Of a stretch of DNA of 57,698 bases, positions 9,067 through 18,465 are shown piece after piece. A program made the translations under genes and the position numbers. The notes beneath the pieces are model-generated. The model made no database searches. It saw only the letters and a list, made by a program, of their open reading frames with translations, and was not told where the DNA came from. Source of the stretch: Minisyncoccota bacterium (GTDB lineage Bacteria > Patescibacteriota > Minisyncoccia > Moranbacterales > GCA-2747515); assembly GCA_937936355.1 (NCBI GenBank), contig CALDDM010000028.1, forward strand, positions 1 through 57,698. Direction: 5' to 3'. The stretch's first letter is position 1. Every line of letters begins with the position of its first letter.

Positions 9067-9591
9067 ATGCTCCCAAAAAATAAAAAGGCATTTACAATTG
9101 TTGAATTGCTACTTGTGATAGCGATTATCTCACTCCTGGCAAGTATTGCGTTGGTGCGTCTAGATGTTGCTCGCAAAAATGCACAGGAAGCAGCGTATGT
9201 CACATTTGGATCGCAAATGAAAAAGTTGATCGATTTTGCTATATCTGACGGTGCCTTTGAAGGTATCTCGCCAACGAGCTGGGGGTGTTTAGGCAATTAT
9301 AGTGATACAAGTTCTGGTGGGAGCGGTCTCACATGTCACCCAACACCAGCTCTGAGTAATCAGATTAGCCTTGATACAATATTAGCTCGTTATAATGACA
9401 GGGAGCTTCCTCAGGGTGTGCAAACACCACACATGCCTGCGGGCATTATGTACAGGTTGACCAACACACGGCAAATAGAAATTATCGTATACACAGGCAA
9501 TGGTCATACTGACATGTGTAGTAAGGAAATGGGGTTTGATCAAGTTTCTTTTGTTGGATTAGACTACTGTCGCTTAATACTCAATCAGTAA
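9067..9591 (+). CDS. Type IV pilin-like protein (cassette 1)
   Basis: Class III signal 'MLPKNKKA|FTIVELLLVIAIISLLASIAL' with E5; four Cys (WGCLG…C, DMC…C) as in the other three pilins. Confidence 0.85.
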   Translation: MLPKNKKAFTIVELLLVIAIISLLASIALVRLDVARKNAQEAAYVTFGSQMKKLIDFAISDGAFEGISPTSWGCLGNYSDTSSGGSGLTCHPTPALSNQISLDTILARYNDRELPQGVQTPHMPAGIMYRLTNTRQIEIIVYTGNGHTDMCSKEMGFDQVSFVGLDYCRLILNQ

Positions 9592-9595
9592 ATTA

Positions 9596-9787
9596 ATGTC
9601 CTATCTCCATAAAATACAATCAGCTATGCTTGAGAGGCATGGCATACATTTAGAGCATAAAACTATATATCAGGTAGGTGCGATATTTTTTTTGTTTTTG
9701 ATGTTGATAGCATTTCAGCTATTTAAGCCTATTCCTGCCGAATATCAATATGATGGTTCTGTTGATCCTGTTGCTAATAGTCTTTAG
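9596..9787 (+). CDS. Small single-pass membrane protein paired with pilin (cassette 1)
   Basis: 63 aa, starts 4 nt after the pilin stop. 'KIQSAMLERHGIHL' head, TM 'VGAIFFLFLMLIAFQLF', short tail. Family of four in this window. Confidence 0.55.
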   Translation: MSYLHKIQSAMLERHGIHLEHKTIYQVGAIFFLFLMLIAFQLFKPIPAEYQYDGSVDPVANSL

Positions 9788-9869
9788 GTACGTATAGGCA
9801 TGAACTGTGGATAAATAACTTTCCTGTTTAACTTGATTACTGCTAGACTAAAAGAGAATAAAAAATGTT

Positions 9870-10400
9870 ATGCATATAGTTGTTAAGAGGTTTAAAGGAG
9901 GCTTTACGCTTATTGAGCTTTTGATTGTTATTGCGATTATAGGAATTTTAGCTAGCATTACTTTGGTGAGTCTCAATCAAGCGCGAGATAAGGCGAAGAA
10001 GTCAGCGTACATCGCTGAGGTTCGCTCTTTGGTTGGGGCTGTTGAGGTTGCCATAGCAGACGGTGCGTTTGAGGGCGTACCAACAACGAGTCCGTATTGG
10101 GGCTGTCTAGGTCAGGCTCCGTGCTGGACAGGACAATCAAGCAAGACAGAGATTGATGCTGCTATTTCATCTGTGGCAGGTAGCTTACCACCAGCACCTC
10201 TTTCGCCTGCCAGAGATACGCATGGAACTTTGATACGTGTTTCACAAGCTGGTGCAACGCCTTGGGTTCGCATTTTTGTTTATGTTGGAGCAGGCAATCA
10301 AGATATGTGTAATCAATTTGGCCTAAAAAATGAGGTAAACTCTAATCCAATAGCACATAGCTCTGGCCACTCATGTGATGGCTTGTTTAGACTAAGATAA
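9870..10400 (+). CDS. Type IV pilin-like protein (cassette 2)
   Basis: 'KGG|FTLIELLIVIAIIGILASITLVSLNQARDKA'; four conserved Cys. Confidence 0.88.
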   Translation: MHIVVKRFKGGFTLIELLIVIAIIGILASITLVSLNQARDKAKKSAYIAEVRSLVGAVEVAIADGAFEGVPTTSPYWGCLGQAPCWTGQSSKTEIDAAISSVAGSLPPAPLSPARDTHGTLIRVSQAGATPWVRIFVYVGAGNQDMCNQFGLKNEVNSNPIAHSSGHSCDGLFRLR

Positions 10401-10404
10401 GAAT

Positions 10405-10596
10405 ATGTTTTCAGTATTCCACATTCAAAAAATTCTCAATGAGAAATATAATATAAGTGTATCAAAAGGAATTATAAAATCTACTCTGGGATTGTTTCTA
10501 GCACTATTTATTCTTGTCTTGCTTGTGTCATGTACGGACGAAACGCTCCAAAAGTCGGACCCTAGCGTTGTCATTGATCCACCAATCGATTTATAA
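10405..10596 (+). CDS. Small single-pass membrane protein paired with pilin (cassette 2)
   Basis: 63 aa, 4 nt after the pilin stop. 'HIQKILNEKYNISV' head plus TM 'LGLFLALFILVLLV'. Confidence 0.55.
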   Translation: MFSVFHIQKILNEKYNISVSKGIIKSTLGLFLALFILVLLVSCTDETLQKSDPSVVIDPPIDL

Positions 10597-10643
10597 AGGG
10601 ATGATATTGAATTTTCGTTTGATTGAACAAATAAATTATTGAA

Positions 10644-11171
10644 ATGTTGTCTATGGGAAATAAAATAACAAAGGGCTTCACACTTATTGAGCTTCTTATT
10701 GTTATAGCGATTATTGGTATTCTTGCGAGTATTACCCTAGTTAGCCTTAATCAGGCGAGAGATAAGGCGCAGAGATCTGCTTATATCTCTACAATCAGTA
10801 GTTTGGTGCGTGGAACGCAGGTTGCGGTAAATGATGGTGCTTTTGATAGTTTGCCAACTACTGGATGGTCGTGTTTGGGGGACTATGCGGCCAGTGGGAA
10901 AAATTGTTGGGGCTCTACCTATAGCAATAACCCTACAGTAGATGCAGCAATTACGACTGTCGCATCGTTACCGCCTGGCGTCACGTCTCCAGCAAATGAT
11001 AATTATGGGGCACTGCTTCGTGTTGTGGCAGGTAGCTATGTTCGCTTCCTTGTATATGTAGGGCCTGGTAATCAAGATTTATGTGGTCAGTTTGGTTTGT
11101 TTAACAATGTTAATACGCAGCCACTATTGAGAAATGCAAATGCTTGTCAAGGATACATATCGCTTCAGTAG
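10644..11171 (+). CDS. Type IV pilin-like protein (cassette 3)
   Basis: 'ITKG|FTLIELLIVIAIIGILASITLVSLNQARDKA'. The 32-aa mature N-terminus is identical to cassette 2 but has ~16 synonymous DNA differences. Confidence 0.88.
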   Translation: MLSMGNKITKGFTLIELLIVIAIIGILASITLVSLNQARDKAQRSAYISTISSLVRGTQVAVNDGAFDSLPTTGWSCLGDYAASGKNCWGSTYSNNPTVDAAITTVASLPPGVTSPANDNYGALLRVVAGSYVRFLVYVGPGNQDLCGQFGLFNNVNTQPLLRNANACQGYISLQ

Positions 11172-11217
11172 GCTATAATAAAATGATGTCGGTGCTTTCA
11201 TTTAAATATAACATGCT

Positions 11218-11397
11218 ATGATTGCAAAACTACAAAGAGCTCTTTCTGAAAAATATAACCTTACGATCCCCCTCAAGACGCTAAAACTTATGTTGATGTT
11301 GGTATTGGGCATTTTTGTTTTAATAATCTTCTTGCCAATTGTGAGCAGTGGAGGGACTGTGAAGAACCAAGAAACTAATGTCCCTGTTCCTGAATAG
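11218..11397 (+). CDS. Small single-pass membrane protein paired with pilin (cassette 3); absent from the ORF track (59 aa)
   Basis: My own translation: MIAKLQRALSEKYNLTIPLKTLKLMLMLVLGIFVLIIFLPIVSSGGTVKNQETNVPVPE*. Same head motif and TM as the other three. Confidence 0.5.
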   Translation: MIAKLQRALSEKYNLTIPLKTLKLMLMLVLGIFVLIIFLPIVSSGGTVKNQETNVPVPE

Positions 11398-11569
11398 ATT
11401 TTTGCCGATGATTGTTATGTATTTGTGATCTCAAGTGAAGTACATTCTTAGATTTAGGATTTTATCTAAATGATCTAGATTTTTGATTGTTGCTGTGGGT
11501 CAGATTGCTCATTTGTTTGTTGTAACGTTAGTGATCAGGGTGGGGTAGATTTATATATAATAAAAGAAT

Positions 11570-12109
11570 ATGAATAATGTTTTTGTAAAAGGATTTACCT
11601 TGATTGAACTTTTAATTGTTATAGCTATTATAGGCATTCTTGCAAGTATCACTTTGGTGAGTTTAAATGAAGCTCGTGTTAAGTCAAAAAATGCTGCGTA
11701 TACATCATATGTGGCAAGTGTTACAGGTCTTGTTGAAGCTACAATTGCAGGAGGAGGTTTTGAAATCTTGCCTGCTTCACCAAGGCATGGTTGTTTGGGT
11801 GACTATGGTGGAAGGTCATGTTATGGGACAGGTACGTGGAATGCCAATGATCTAAATGTTTCAGATGGACTCAATGAAAGAATGCGACAATTTGGGGACA
11901 TACCAGAGGGTCAAAATTCACCTCATAATCAAGATCTTGGTGTTGGGATTTATTATGTCAATAGTCAGAGGTCTGTTAGGGTGTATGCATTTGGTGCTGG
12001 TGAAAATTCGGCGGAAAGAAATGTCAATTGCCAAGGTTATGGGTGGGCGAATGTTGTTAACCATTCTTCAACGAATTGTTATACAAGTATACCAATCGAC
12101 ACCAACTAA
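11570..12109 (+). CDS. Type IV pilin-like protein (cassette 4)
   Basis: 'VFVKG|FTLIELLIVIAIIGILASITLVSLNEAR'; four Cys (HGCLGDYGGRSC, NC…NC). Confidence 0.88.
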   Translation: MNNVFVKGFTLIELLIVIAIIGILASITLVSLNEARVKSKNAAYTSYVASVTGLVEATIAGGGFEILPASPRHGCLGDYGGRSCYGTGTWNANDLNVSDGLNERMRQFGDIPEGQNSPHNQDLGVGIYYVNSQRSVRVYAFGAGENSAERNVNCQGYGWANVVNHSSTNCYTSIPIDTN

Positions 12110-12160
12110 GTGCTTTCTGACGTGAAAGTTGAATTTAAACAATAATGTAGACTTAATGTT

Positions 12161-12361
12161 ATGACTGATATAATTTTGAAAATTCAAAAAGCCTTATCAA
12201 GTCGCTATGGTGTCAATCTTGATAAAAAAAGTATTAAGCTGGTTTTGATGCTACTAATGCTCACTTTGATTTTTGTATTATTGCTTATTGCATCAAATCC
12301 ATTTGCAGAAAATACGACATCTGATTTTGGTCAAGACCCTGTAATAGAGGTAGGTGAATAA
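12161..12361 (+). CDS. Small single-pass membrane protein paired with pilin (cassette 4)
   Basis: 66 aa; 'KIQKALSSRYGVNL' head plus TM 'LVLMLLMLTLIFVLLLIA'. Confidence 0.55.
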   Translation: MTDIILKIQKALSSRYGVNLDKKSIKLVLMLLMLTLIFVLLLIASNPFAENTTSDFGQDPVIEVGE

Positions 12362-12386
12362 ATAAATCCTTTGACATCATTTGTTC

Positions 12387-12920
12387 ATGAATATTCATCA
12401 TATTGACAGAGAGAATTACGAACGTGCAACGATGTGGAGTCGTCATGCTGATTCGCGAGCCAGTATAATCCTTGCTTTTAATGCAGCTCTTGTCGCCCTT
12501 CTTGTGACGGAAAATCCTTACACACATAAGTTTTCAGAAGTTTTGCATGGACATGAGTATGCATCATGGGATGGGGCTGTTGCGTGGGGTGTGATTCTAT
12601 TTGCACTTTTCCTCTTGCTTTTTATTGCATCAAGTATCAGTGCGTTTCTTGTGTTGATGCATGATGCACGTAAGACGAGGTGCGAACATAATACAGTTTT
12701 TTCATGGATGAATATCACCGACATCTCACGAGAGGAGTATCGTCGCAAACTTTTTGGAGTGAATGATGTGCAAACAACACATGCCTGGGAGGATCAGACG
12801 TATATGGCAGCGCAGCTTGCTCGTACGAAGATGCGATGGTTGGCACGTGCGTGGATTACTCTCGCAGGAAGTATCTTGTTTAGCGTCTCTTTCGTTGTTT
12901 TAACGATCTTTTTTGTGTAA
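12387..12920 (+). CDS. Three-TM membrane protein; N-terminal region reminiscent of the DUF5706/Pycsar-effector-type TM domain (tentative)
   Basis: '…WSRHADSRASIILAFNAALVALLV' followed by two further TM helices; resemblance judged from memory of the family profile only. The ORF track starts at TTG 12381; ATG is at 12387. Confidence 0.45.
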   Translation: MNIHHIDRENYERATMWSRHADSRASIILAFNAALVALLVTENPYTHKFSEVLHGHEYASWDGAVAWGVILFALFLLLFIASSISAFLVLMHDARKTRCEHNTVFSWMNITDISREEYRRKLFGVNDVQTTHAWEDQTYMAAQLARTKMRWLARAWITLAGSILFSVSFVVLTIFFV

Positions 12921-13001
12921 CTTTCTAAGTTGTGCTAGTAAGTTACCTAATTTATTTAGTGTCATGTGTTTTTAGGTATCTTTCTCGTATTTTAGTCTTC
13001 T

Positions 13002-13673
13002 TTAAAAAAGAGTGAGAAATCTTTTGTGATTCTGTGATGTGGGGAGATTTGGTATTTCTTTGGGTGCATTAATTTTCTCTAAACGCAAAAAATAGTAGAT
13101 ATTTGCAACAACTTCTCGAAAGAAATAATAGGGCTCTTTTGGGTAGCGTCCAAAATGATATGTGGCTGCATGTAGATCAAAGTGATCAAGTCCAATTTGG
13201 TGTGCGATGAGTTTAATACGACCTAAGTGAAAATCATTTGAAACGAGAACGTAGGACTCTTTAGAGTCTCGCAGGCTGAGGTTGGTGAGTGTGGCAATTG
13301 TGTTGTTGCCGTCATAATCGTAGACAAGGACAGATTCTGGTATGCCTTGATCTAGAAGTACTTTTTTCATCACATCAACTTCGTGAGATCCATATGTGCT
13401 TGCTCCGCCAGAGAGCACAAGGCACGAGATACGTTCTTGTGTGAAGAGGTTTGCAGCGCTCAGGGTGCGATCTGCGAGTGCGTGTGATGGTATATCTCCC
13501 CGCCAGACAGCAGCGCCAAAGATGACGCCGCATGTGCGTTTTGTGTCAGCGCTTGAGAAGTAATGCCATAAGACATGACTGGAGCTGAGTAGACCGATGC
13601 AGAGTATGATAAAAAAAAGCGCAACTAATATGCGGATGATCTGCCACAACCCTTTTTTGCTTTTGGTAAACAT
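13002..13673 (-). CDS. SanA/YdcF (DUF218) family envelope protein
   Basis: N-terminal TM, 'FGAAVW…PSHALADR', 'LVLSGG…HEV', 'VLVSNDFHLGR' are the DUF218 pattern. Confidence 0.75.
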   Translation of the reverse strand: MFTKSKKGLWQIIRILVALFFIILCIGLLSSSHVLWHYFSSADTKRTCGVIFGAAVWRGDIPSHALADRTLSAANLFTQERISCLVLSGGASTYGSHEVDVMKKVLLDQGIPESVLVYDYDGNNTIATLTNLSLRDSKESYVLVSNDFHLGRIKLIAHQIGLDHFDLHAATYHFGRYPKEPYYFFREVVANIYYFLRLEKINAPKEIPNLPTSQNHKRFLTLF

Positions 13674-13740
13674 TGTGAGGTTATAGTAGCATATTACCGC
13701 GATTTATCTAGGTTGGGCGATGTGTTACCATTTTTTACTG

Positions 13741-13749
13741 TGGTATGAT
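13741..13749 (+). promoter_or_regulatory. Extended -10 TGGTATGAT exactly 6 nt upstream of ATG 13756 (leaderless candidate)
   Basis: TGnTATGAT 13741-13749, N6 (ATGCAT), ATG 13756. Confidence 0.45.
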
Positions 13750-13755
13750 ATGCAT

Positions 13756-15432
13756 ATGAAAAAAATATGGCTGATCCTTATTTTGATTGTCGCTGTAGTC
13801 TGCATGACTATTGTTTGTGTTTTTTTGTATTATTCTACGCAAAAAGGCTCTCTTGAGGGCGCGATTGGTGAGCGACTTTTGTCGTATGCTCAAAGTAATA
13901 TAGATGTTGTCGCTCCAGATAGCAGTATGCAACCTGGTGCAAAGAAAATTCTTGAATTAATGCAGGGTGTATTGGTAATGGATGGTGTTGAGCGATCGTA
14001 CCTAATACTTTTGCAAAATAGTATGGAATTGCGACCTGGTGGTGGATTTGTTGGTCAGTATGCAACTGTGGATATCAAGAATGGTGAGGTGTTGCGGTGG
14101 GATATAGGGGATGCAAATCACCTTGATCGTGATATTGCTTCAGATATTGCGGCGCCATATCCTCTTGCAAAGTGGCTTGGTATTAGTAAGATGAAGTTTC
14201 GTGATAGTAGCTGGTCACCAGATTTTCCAACAAATGCGCGACTCGCGATAGATCTTTTTAATAAAGGATCCCAAAAGAAGACATTTAGTGGTGTGATTGC
14301 TGTTAATGCCACTGTATTGGAAAGTGTGCTTGATGTCACAGGGCCAGTTACTGTTTCTGGATATGAGGGTCATGGACAGTTTACTTCTCAAAATGCTCTC
14401 ACTCAGCTTTTGGACGTTGTTGAAAAGCCATTTTTACTTGCTGAGAAGCGTGCAGCGTGCGTGAAACGTGAAAAAGAGACAGGTATAGAGGCGGTTTGTA
14501 ATACGGATCTGGAGACAGGTGAAAAGATCAAGAAGGTAACACATGCTGATAGGGAGAATCGTAAAAATATCCTCCCAGCTTTTGCAGAGGCACTTATTCA
14601 GAGTATCGTTGGAGACCAATCACTTTCAATTGTTCAACGGTTCAATCGTATTCGGGATTTTTTGCCTAAGGTTGTCCGCATAACTCTTGAGGGATTGGGA
14701 AATCGTGATATTCAAATATGGTTTCCAACCCCGTCATATCAGAGCATCATAGAGCAAGAAAACTGGAGTGGGATTTTTGATAATGAATGGTCAGATGATT
14801 ACTTATCAGTTGTCGATGCAAATATTGGCGCTCTGAAGTCAGATTACTACATAGAACGAGCATTGGAGTACACTGTGGATTTTACAGGTACATCAGCTGA
14901 GATAAATGATGTTGCTGCTGGAAGGATGGTGCGTTATGTGACGCCCCGCGTGCAGTCGCAGGTCCTTGGACAGACATATGTTGCTGATGGTCCTTTGGCG
15001 ACTATGCGTATGCGTTATACTCACTCAGCAACAGTAGCTAATTATCGCACGAGTGACTATCATAGCTACACACGTATGTTTGTGCCACGCGACTCGCAGT
15101 GGCAAGTGAGGGAGTGGTTTGGTGTTCCTGATATAGATGAAGAAGAGGGAGACACATATGGTACTAGGCGTGTTTTTGGTTATAAGTTTGATGTCTTTAT
15201 TGGAGATACGTTGCCAACAATGTTGCAATATGTTCTTCCAAATCATATCACTCAAGAGGGCTATATGTTAAAAATTCAAAAGCAATCAGGTGTAAGAGAG
15301 ATGCCAGTCACTGTCAAAATTATTCTCGCTGATGGCAGTGTCGTGCAGGAGGATTTTGTTTTAGTGCGTGATGTCATCGTTCATTTGAAAGATGATGGTG
15401 CCAATGCACGTTTGGATGTTCAATTTAAATAA
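13756..15432 (+). CDS. DUF4012 domain membrane-anchored protein
   Basis: Signal anchor 'MKKIWLILILIVAVVCMTIV'. 'LLQNSMELRPGGGFVGQYATVDIKNGEV' is the hallmark DUF4012 motif. Start moved from 13720 to 13756. Confidence 0.7.
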   Translation: MKKIWLILILIVAVVCMTIVCVFLYYSTQKGSLEGAIGERLLSYAQSNIDVVAPDSSMQPGAKKILELMQGVLVMDGVERSYLILLQNSMELRPGGGFVGQYATVDIKNGEVLRWDIGDANHLDRDIASDIAAPYPLAKWLGISKMKFRDSSWSPDFPTNARLAIDLFNKGSQKKTFSGVIAVNATVLESVLDVTGPVTVSGYEGHGQFTSQNALTQLLDVVEKPFLLAEKRAACVKREKETGIEAVCNTDLETGEKIKKVTHADRENRKNILPAFAEALIQSIVGDQSLSIVQRFNRIRDFLPKVVRITLEGLGNRDIQIWFPTPSYQSIIEQENWSGIFDNEWSDDYLSVVDANIGALKSDYYIERALEYTVDFTGTSAEINDVAAGRMVRYVTPRVQSQVLGQTYVADGPLATMRMRYTHSATVANYRTSDYHSYTRMFVPRDSQWQVREWFGVPDIDEEEGDTYGTRRVFGYKFDVFIGDTLPTMLQYVLPNHITQEGYMLKIQKQSGVREMPVTVKIILADGSVVQEDFVLVRDVIVHLKDDGANARLDVQFK

Positions 15433-15440
15433 CGTATTGC

Positions 15441-17735
15441 ATGACGCAGATTCTCTCAAAAATTGGAAAAGTTGTAAGTCTGATCCGTCGAGAAGGTTTT
15501 GTCAGTGCGTTTCGTCGTGTCATTACTTTTGTTGCGGGTTCATTGCATAGGGTGGGCTCAGGTCAGATTCTTTATATCAATGGAGGTTTGGGTGATAACG
15601 CCCTTTATCGCGGTAGGCATATTGTGGAGGAATTACAACAAAGAGGGTTTGTTGCGGAGGCAACAATTCAAGATAACCCTTTCCTTCGTCGTTATATTAA
15701 TCGTTTTGACGTATTTGTTTTGCACCGCGTTGTGTGTTCGGGTCATATGCTGCGGTTTATTGCAGCAGCAAAAGAAGCTGGGAAAGTAGTAGTCTTTGAG
15801 ACTGATGACCTTGTTTTTGATGGTAATTTGATGAGCTCAACATCCGCATATGCAAATATGAATGCATTTGAGCGTACACAGTATGAGGGTGGTTTGAGTA
15901 GTTGTGTTGTTGAGGATCCCTATGTCGAGTATGCAACGACAACGACAGAGCCGTTGGCAAGGCATTTGCGAGCCAAGGGCAAGGAGGTTTTTGTTGTGCC
16001 AAATAAAATCTCACAAAGTTTTGTAGAAATTGCAAAGAGTGCTCGTGAATATGTTGCTCAAGAGAGCTGCTCTGATGATATATTTCGCATCGGTTACTTT
16101 AGTGGTAGTGCTTCCCATGATCGTGACTTTATGGTTATTACTGATGTTTTATTGGATATACTTGAGAAGTATAAGTTTGTTGAACTTTTTTTGGCGGGTC
16201 CACTTGATTTGGATAATCGATTTGATGTGTATAATGATCGTGTTGTTCGCGCTCCTTATGTGACGCGCGAAGAGCATTTTGTAAATGTTGCTCGTTGTAA
16301 TGTCAATGTTGCTCCACTTGAGATTGGCGATGCTTATTGTGAGGCAAAAAGTGAGATTAAATATTATGAGGCAGGTGTCGTTGGTGTTCCAACCATCGCA
16401 AGTGCAACTGAAGTGTTTACTAGTGCAATAGATGGTAAGGATGTGGGCTTTGTCGCAAAGGATGCTCAAGAATGGCGAAATGCTTTGGAGGAGTTCATTA
16501 ATAATCCGGATCTTGTGAAAAAAATGGGTGAGAGAGCGAAGCAGGATGTTTTGGAGAATCATACGACTTTTTCACAGCAAGTGCCTGAAAGTAATGAGCA
16601 GTTTTATGATTTCCTTAGGGAATCCATCGATGGGAGTTTTGATCGATATACCAGCTCTATTTTGCGCAGTGTGGATGTTGATACTGCTGTAGTTATTGTT
16701 AACTGGAATGGTCGCGATTATCTCAGGACGTGTCTTGAGAGCCTCCGTAATCAAAGTGATCAAAGCTTTCACGTTATTGTTGTTGACAATGGATCTGATG
16801 ATGGCTCATTGAATATGCTTCGCGAAGAGTATAGTGATGTTTCATGGATTGCATTGTCAAAAAATATGGGCTTTGCCCATCCAACAAACTGTGGGATTAG
16901 GATGGCTCTCAAGGAAAAGACGATAAAAAATGTTATTACGCTCAATAATGATGCCTCATGTGACCAGGAGTATATAGCTGTTATGCGTGAAGCTGCACAG
17001 CAGGCATCTTGCAATGAAATGTCTATAGGTGCACTTCAGCCAAAGGTTTTGAATTATTATCACAAGGATTGTATTGATACAACGGGTATGGTAACAAGCT
17101 TTGATTTGAGTGCACTCAATAGGGGCAAGGATGAGGTTGATGTGGGACAATATGACAACTTACGAGACATTTTTGGTCCAAGTGCGAGCGCTGCTTTGTA
17201 TACACGTAAGAGCTTGGAAGACACCATGTTGCCTTATGCGGGGTATTTTGATCGATCTTATTTTGCGTATTATGAGGACGTTGATCTTGCGTGGCGTTTA
17301 TGTAGTGCAGGATATGATGTTCAGTTTGTGCCTGATGCTAAGGTCTATCATGTGCACAGTGCAACTGGTGGGAATAATTCATCGTTTAAGGCCTATCATA
17401 TCCACCGTAATCATTTCTACAATGTTATAAAAAATGCACCATGGTTTTATTTGCCCGCCCTTGCATTTTTTTTGCCTATTCGCTATGTGCTCGTTACAAT
17501 TAGTTTGTTTGGTGGCAAAGGTCCAGCAGCACGTCTTGATGAAACTGCTAAGGAGGCGAAAACGGAGGGTGCTTTTTCAATTGTCGTGCGTTCGTGGTGT
17601 GATGTATTCTATCACTTGCCACACTTATTATCGAAAAGGCGTTGCATTATGCACAAGCGAAAACGTTCACATTTGGCATTTTTTAAGATGATAAGAGATC
17701 ACTACATTACGCTTAAGCAATTTATTTTTCGTTAA
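15441..17735 (+). CDS. Bifunctional glycosyltransferase: N-terminal GT-B (GT4-like, EX7E) fused to C-terminal GT-A (GT2, rhamnosyltransferase-like) with C-terminal TM segments
   Basis: 'EAKSEIKYYEAG' EX7E motif around res 300-310. GT2 'VVIVNWNGRDYL…VVDNGSDDGS', 'LNNDAS', 'YEDVDLAWR'. Hydrophobic tail 'WFYLPALAFFLPIRYVLVTISLF'. Confidence 0.8.
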   Translation: MTQILSKIGKVVSLIRREGFVSAFRRVITFVAGSLHRVGSGQILYINGGLGDNALYRGRHIVEELQQRGFVAEATIQDNPFLRRYINRFDVFVLHRVVCSGHMLRFIAAAKEAGKVVVFETDDLVFDGNLMSSTSAYANMNAFERTQYEGGLSSCVVEDPYVEYATTTTEPLARHLRAKGKEVFVVPNKISQSFVEIAKSAREYVAQESCSDDIFRIGYFSGSASHDRDFMVITDVLLDILEKYKFVELFLAGPLDLDNRFDVYNDRVVRAPYVTREEHFVNVARCNVNVAPLEIGDAYCEAKSEIKYYEAGVVGVPTIASATEVFTSAIDGKDVGFVAKDAQEWRNALEEFINNPDLVKKMGERAKQDVLENHTTFSQQVPESNEQFYDFLRESIDGSFDRYTSSILRSVDVDTAVVIVNWNGRDYLRTCLESLRNQSDQSFHVIVVDNGSDDGSLNMLREEYSDVSWIALSKNMGFAHPTNCGIRMALKEKTIKNVITLNNDASCDQEYIAVMREAAQQASCNEMSIGALQPKVLNYYHKDCIDTTGMVTSFDLSALNRGKDEVDVGQYDNLRDIFGPSASAALYTRKSLEDTMLPYAGYFDRSYFAYYEDVDLAWRLCSAGYDVQFVPDAKVYHVHSATGGNNSSFKAYHIHRNHFYNVIKNAPWFYLPALAFFLPIRYVLVTISLFGGKGPAARLDETAKEAKTEGAFSIVVRSWCDVFYHLPHLLSKRRCIMHKRKRSHLAFFKMIRDHYITLKQFIFR

Positions 17736-17740
17736 AATTG

Positions 17741-18454
17741 ATGGAGAAGAAAAACGAATACAGAATATGTGACATGATGATCTCTCCGTCAAATCGCGAT
17801 GATGTGCGTGATGTGTTTATTGATGGAATGTATGGCTTTCAACAGGTTGTGACACTTAATCCTGAAATAGTATTGAAGGCTTGCGCTGATTTGTCGTATC
17901 GTACAGTTTTGGAGAATGCAGACGTACAGGTTATTGATGGTTTTGGGTTATATGCATTTCTTTATGCGCATGGCTCAAGGGTAAGGCGTTGTACTGGCGT
18001 TGATCTTCTTGAGGATCTCTTGTATAGTGCAAATACATTAAAGTTGCGACTGGCATATGTGATACCTGCTAACGCGCTGAGTCAAAAAAAAGATATCAGT
18101 ACATTTATGCAAGATGTCTATCCTGATGTGATGTATGATGTTTATGTTGGTAAGGGCGTGGAGACGCACGATGCCCTTACGTCGCTCAAGCCACATGTAA
18201 TTGTTGTAAGTTTGGGTGCGCCAGACCAAGATGTGTTTCTTGCTCGATATAAGATGGGTGCAAAACATGATTGTATTGGTATTGGTGTGGGCGGGGCTGT
18301 CGATTTTTTAACCGGAATGATTCCGCGAGCTCCTCAGTGGATGCAAAAGTGTGGACTTGAATGGTTTTATCGTTTATGTCGTGAGCCACGGCGTATGAGG
18401 CGGATTTTTAATGCGCTCATTGTCTTTCCCTGTAAGTACTTGCGTCATTTATAA
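17741..18454 (+). CDS. WecB/TagA/CpsF family glycosyltransferase
   Basis: 'VVSLGAPDQDVFL', 'GIGVGGAVDFLTGMIPRAPQWMQKCGLEWFYRLCREPRR' is the family signature. Confidence 0.8.
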   Translation: MEKKNEYRICDMMISPSNRDDVRDVFIDGMYGFQQVVTLNPEIVLKACADLSYRTVLENADVQVIDGFGLYAFLYAHGSRVRRCTGVDLLEDLLYSANTLKLRLAYVIPANALSQKKDISTFMQDVYPDVMYDVYVGKGVETHDALTSLKPHVIVVSLGAPDQDVFLARYKMGAKHDCIGIGVGGAVDFLTGMIPRAPQWMQKCGLEWFYRLCREPRRMRRIFNALIVFPCKYLRHL

Positions 18455-18465
18455 TAAGTTTTAGA

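Noticed and set aside
9067-12361. Periodic ~750-bp repetition that might suggest a CRISPR-like or tandem DNA repeat array
   Set aside because: The periodicity is at the protein level (pilin plus small-ORF paralogs). The DNA copies are diverged at synonymous sites, and there are no short direct repeats with unique spacers.
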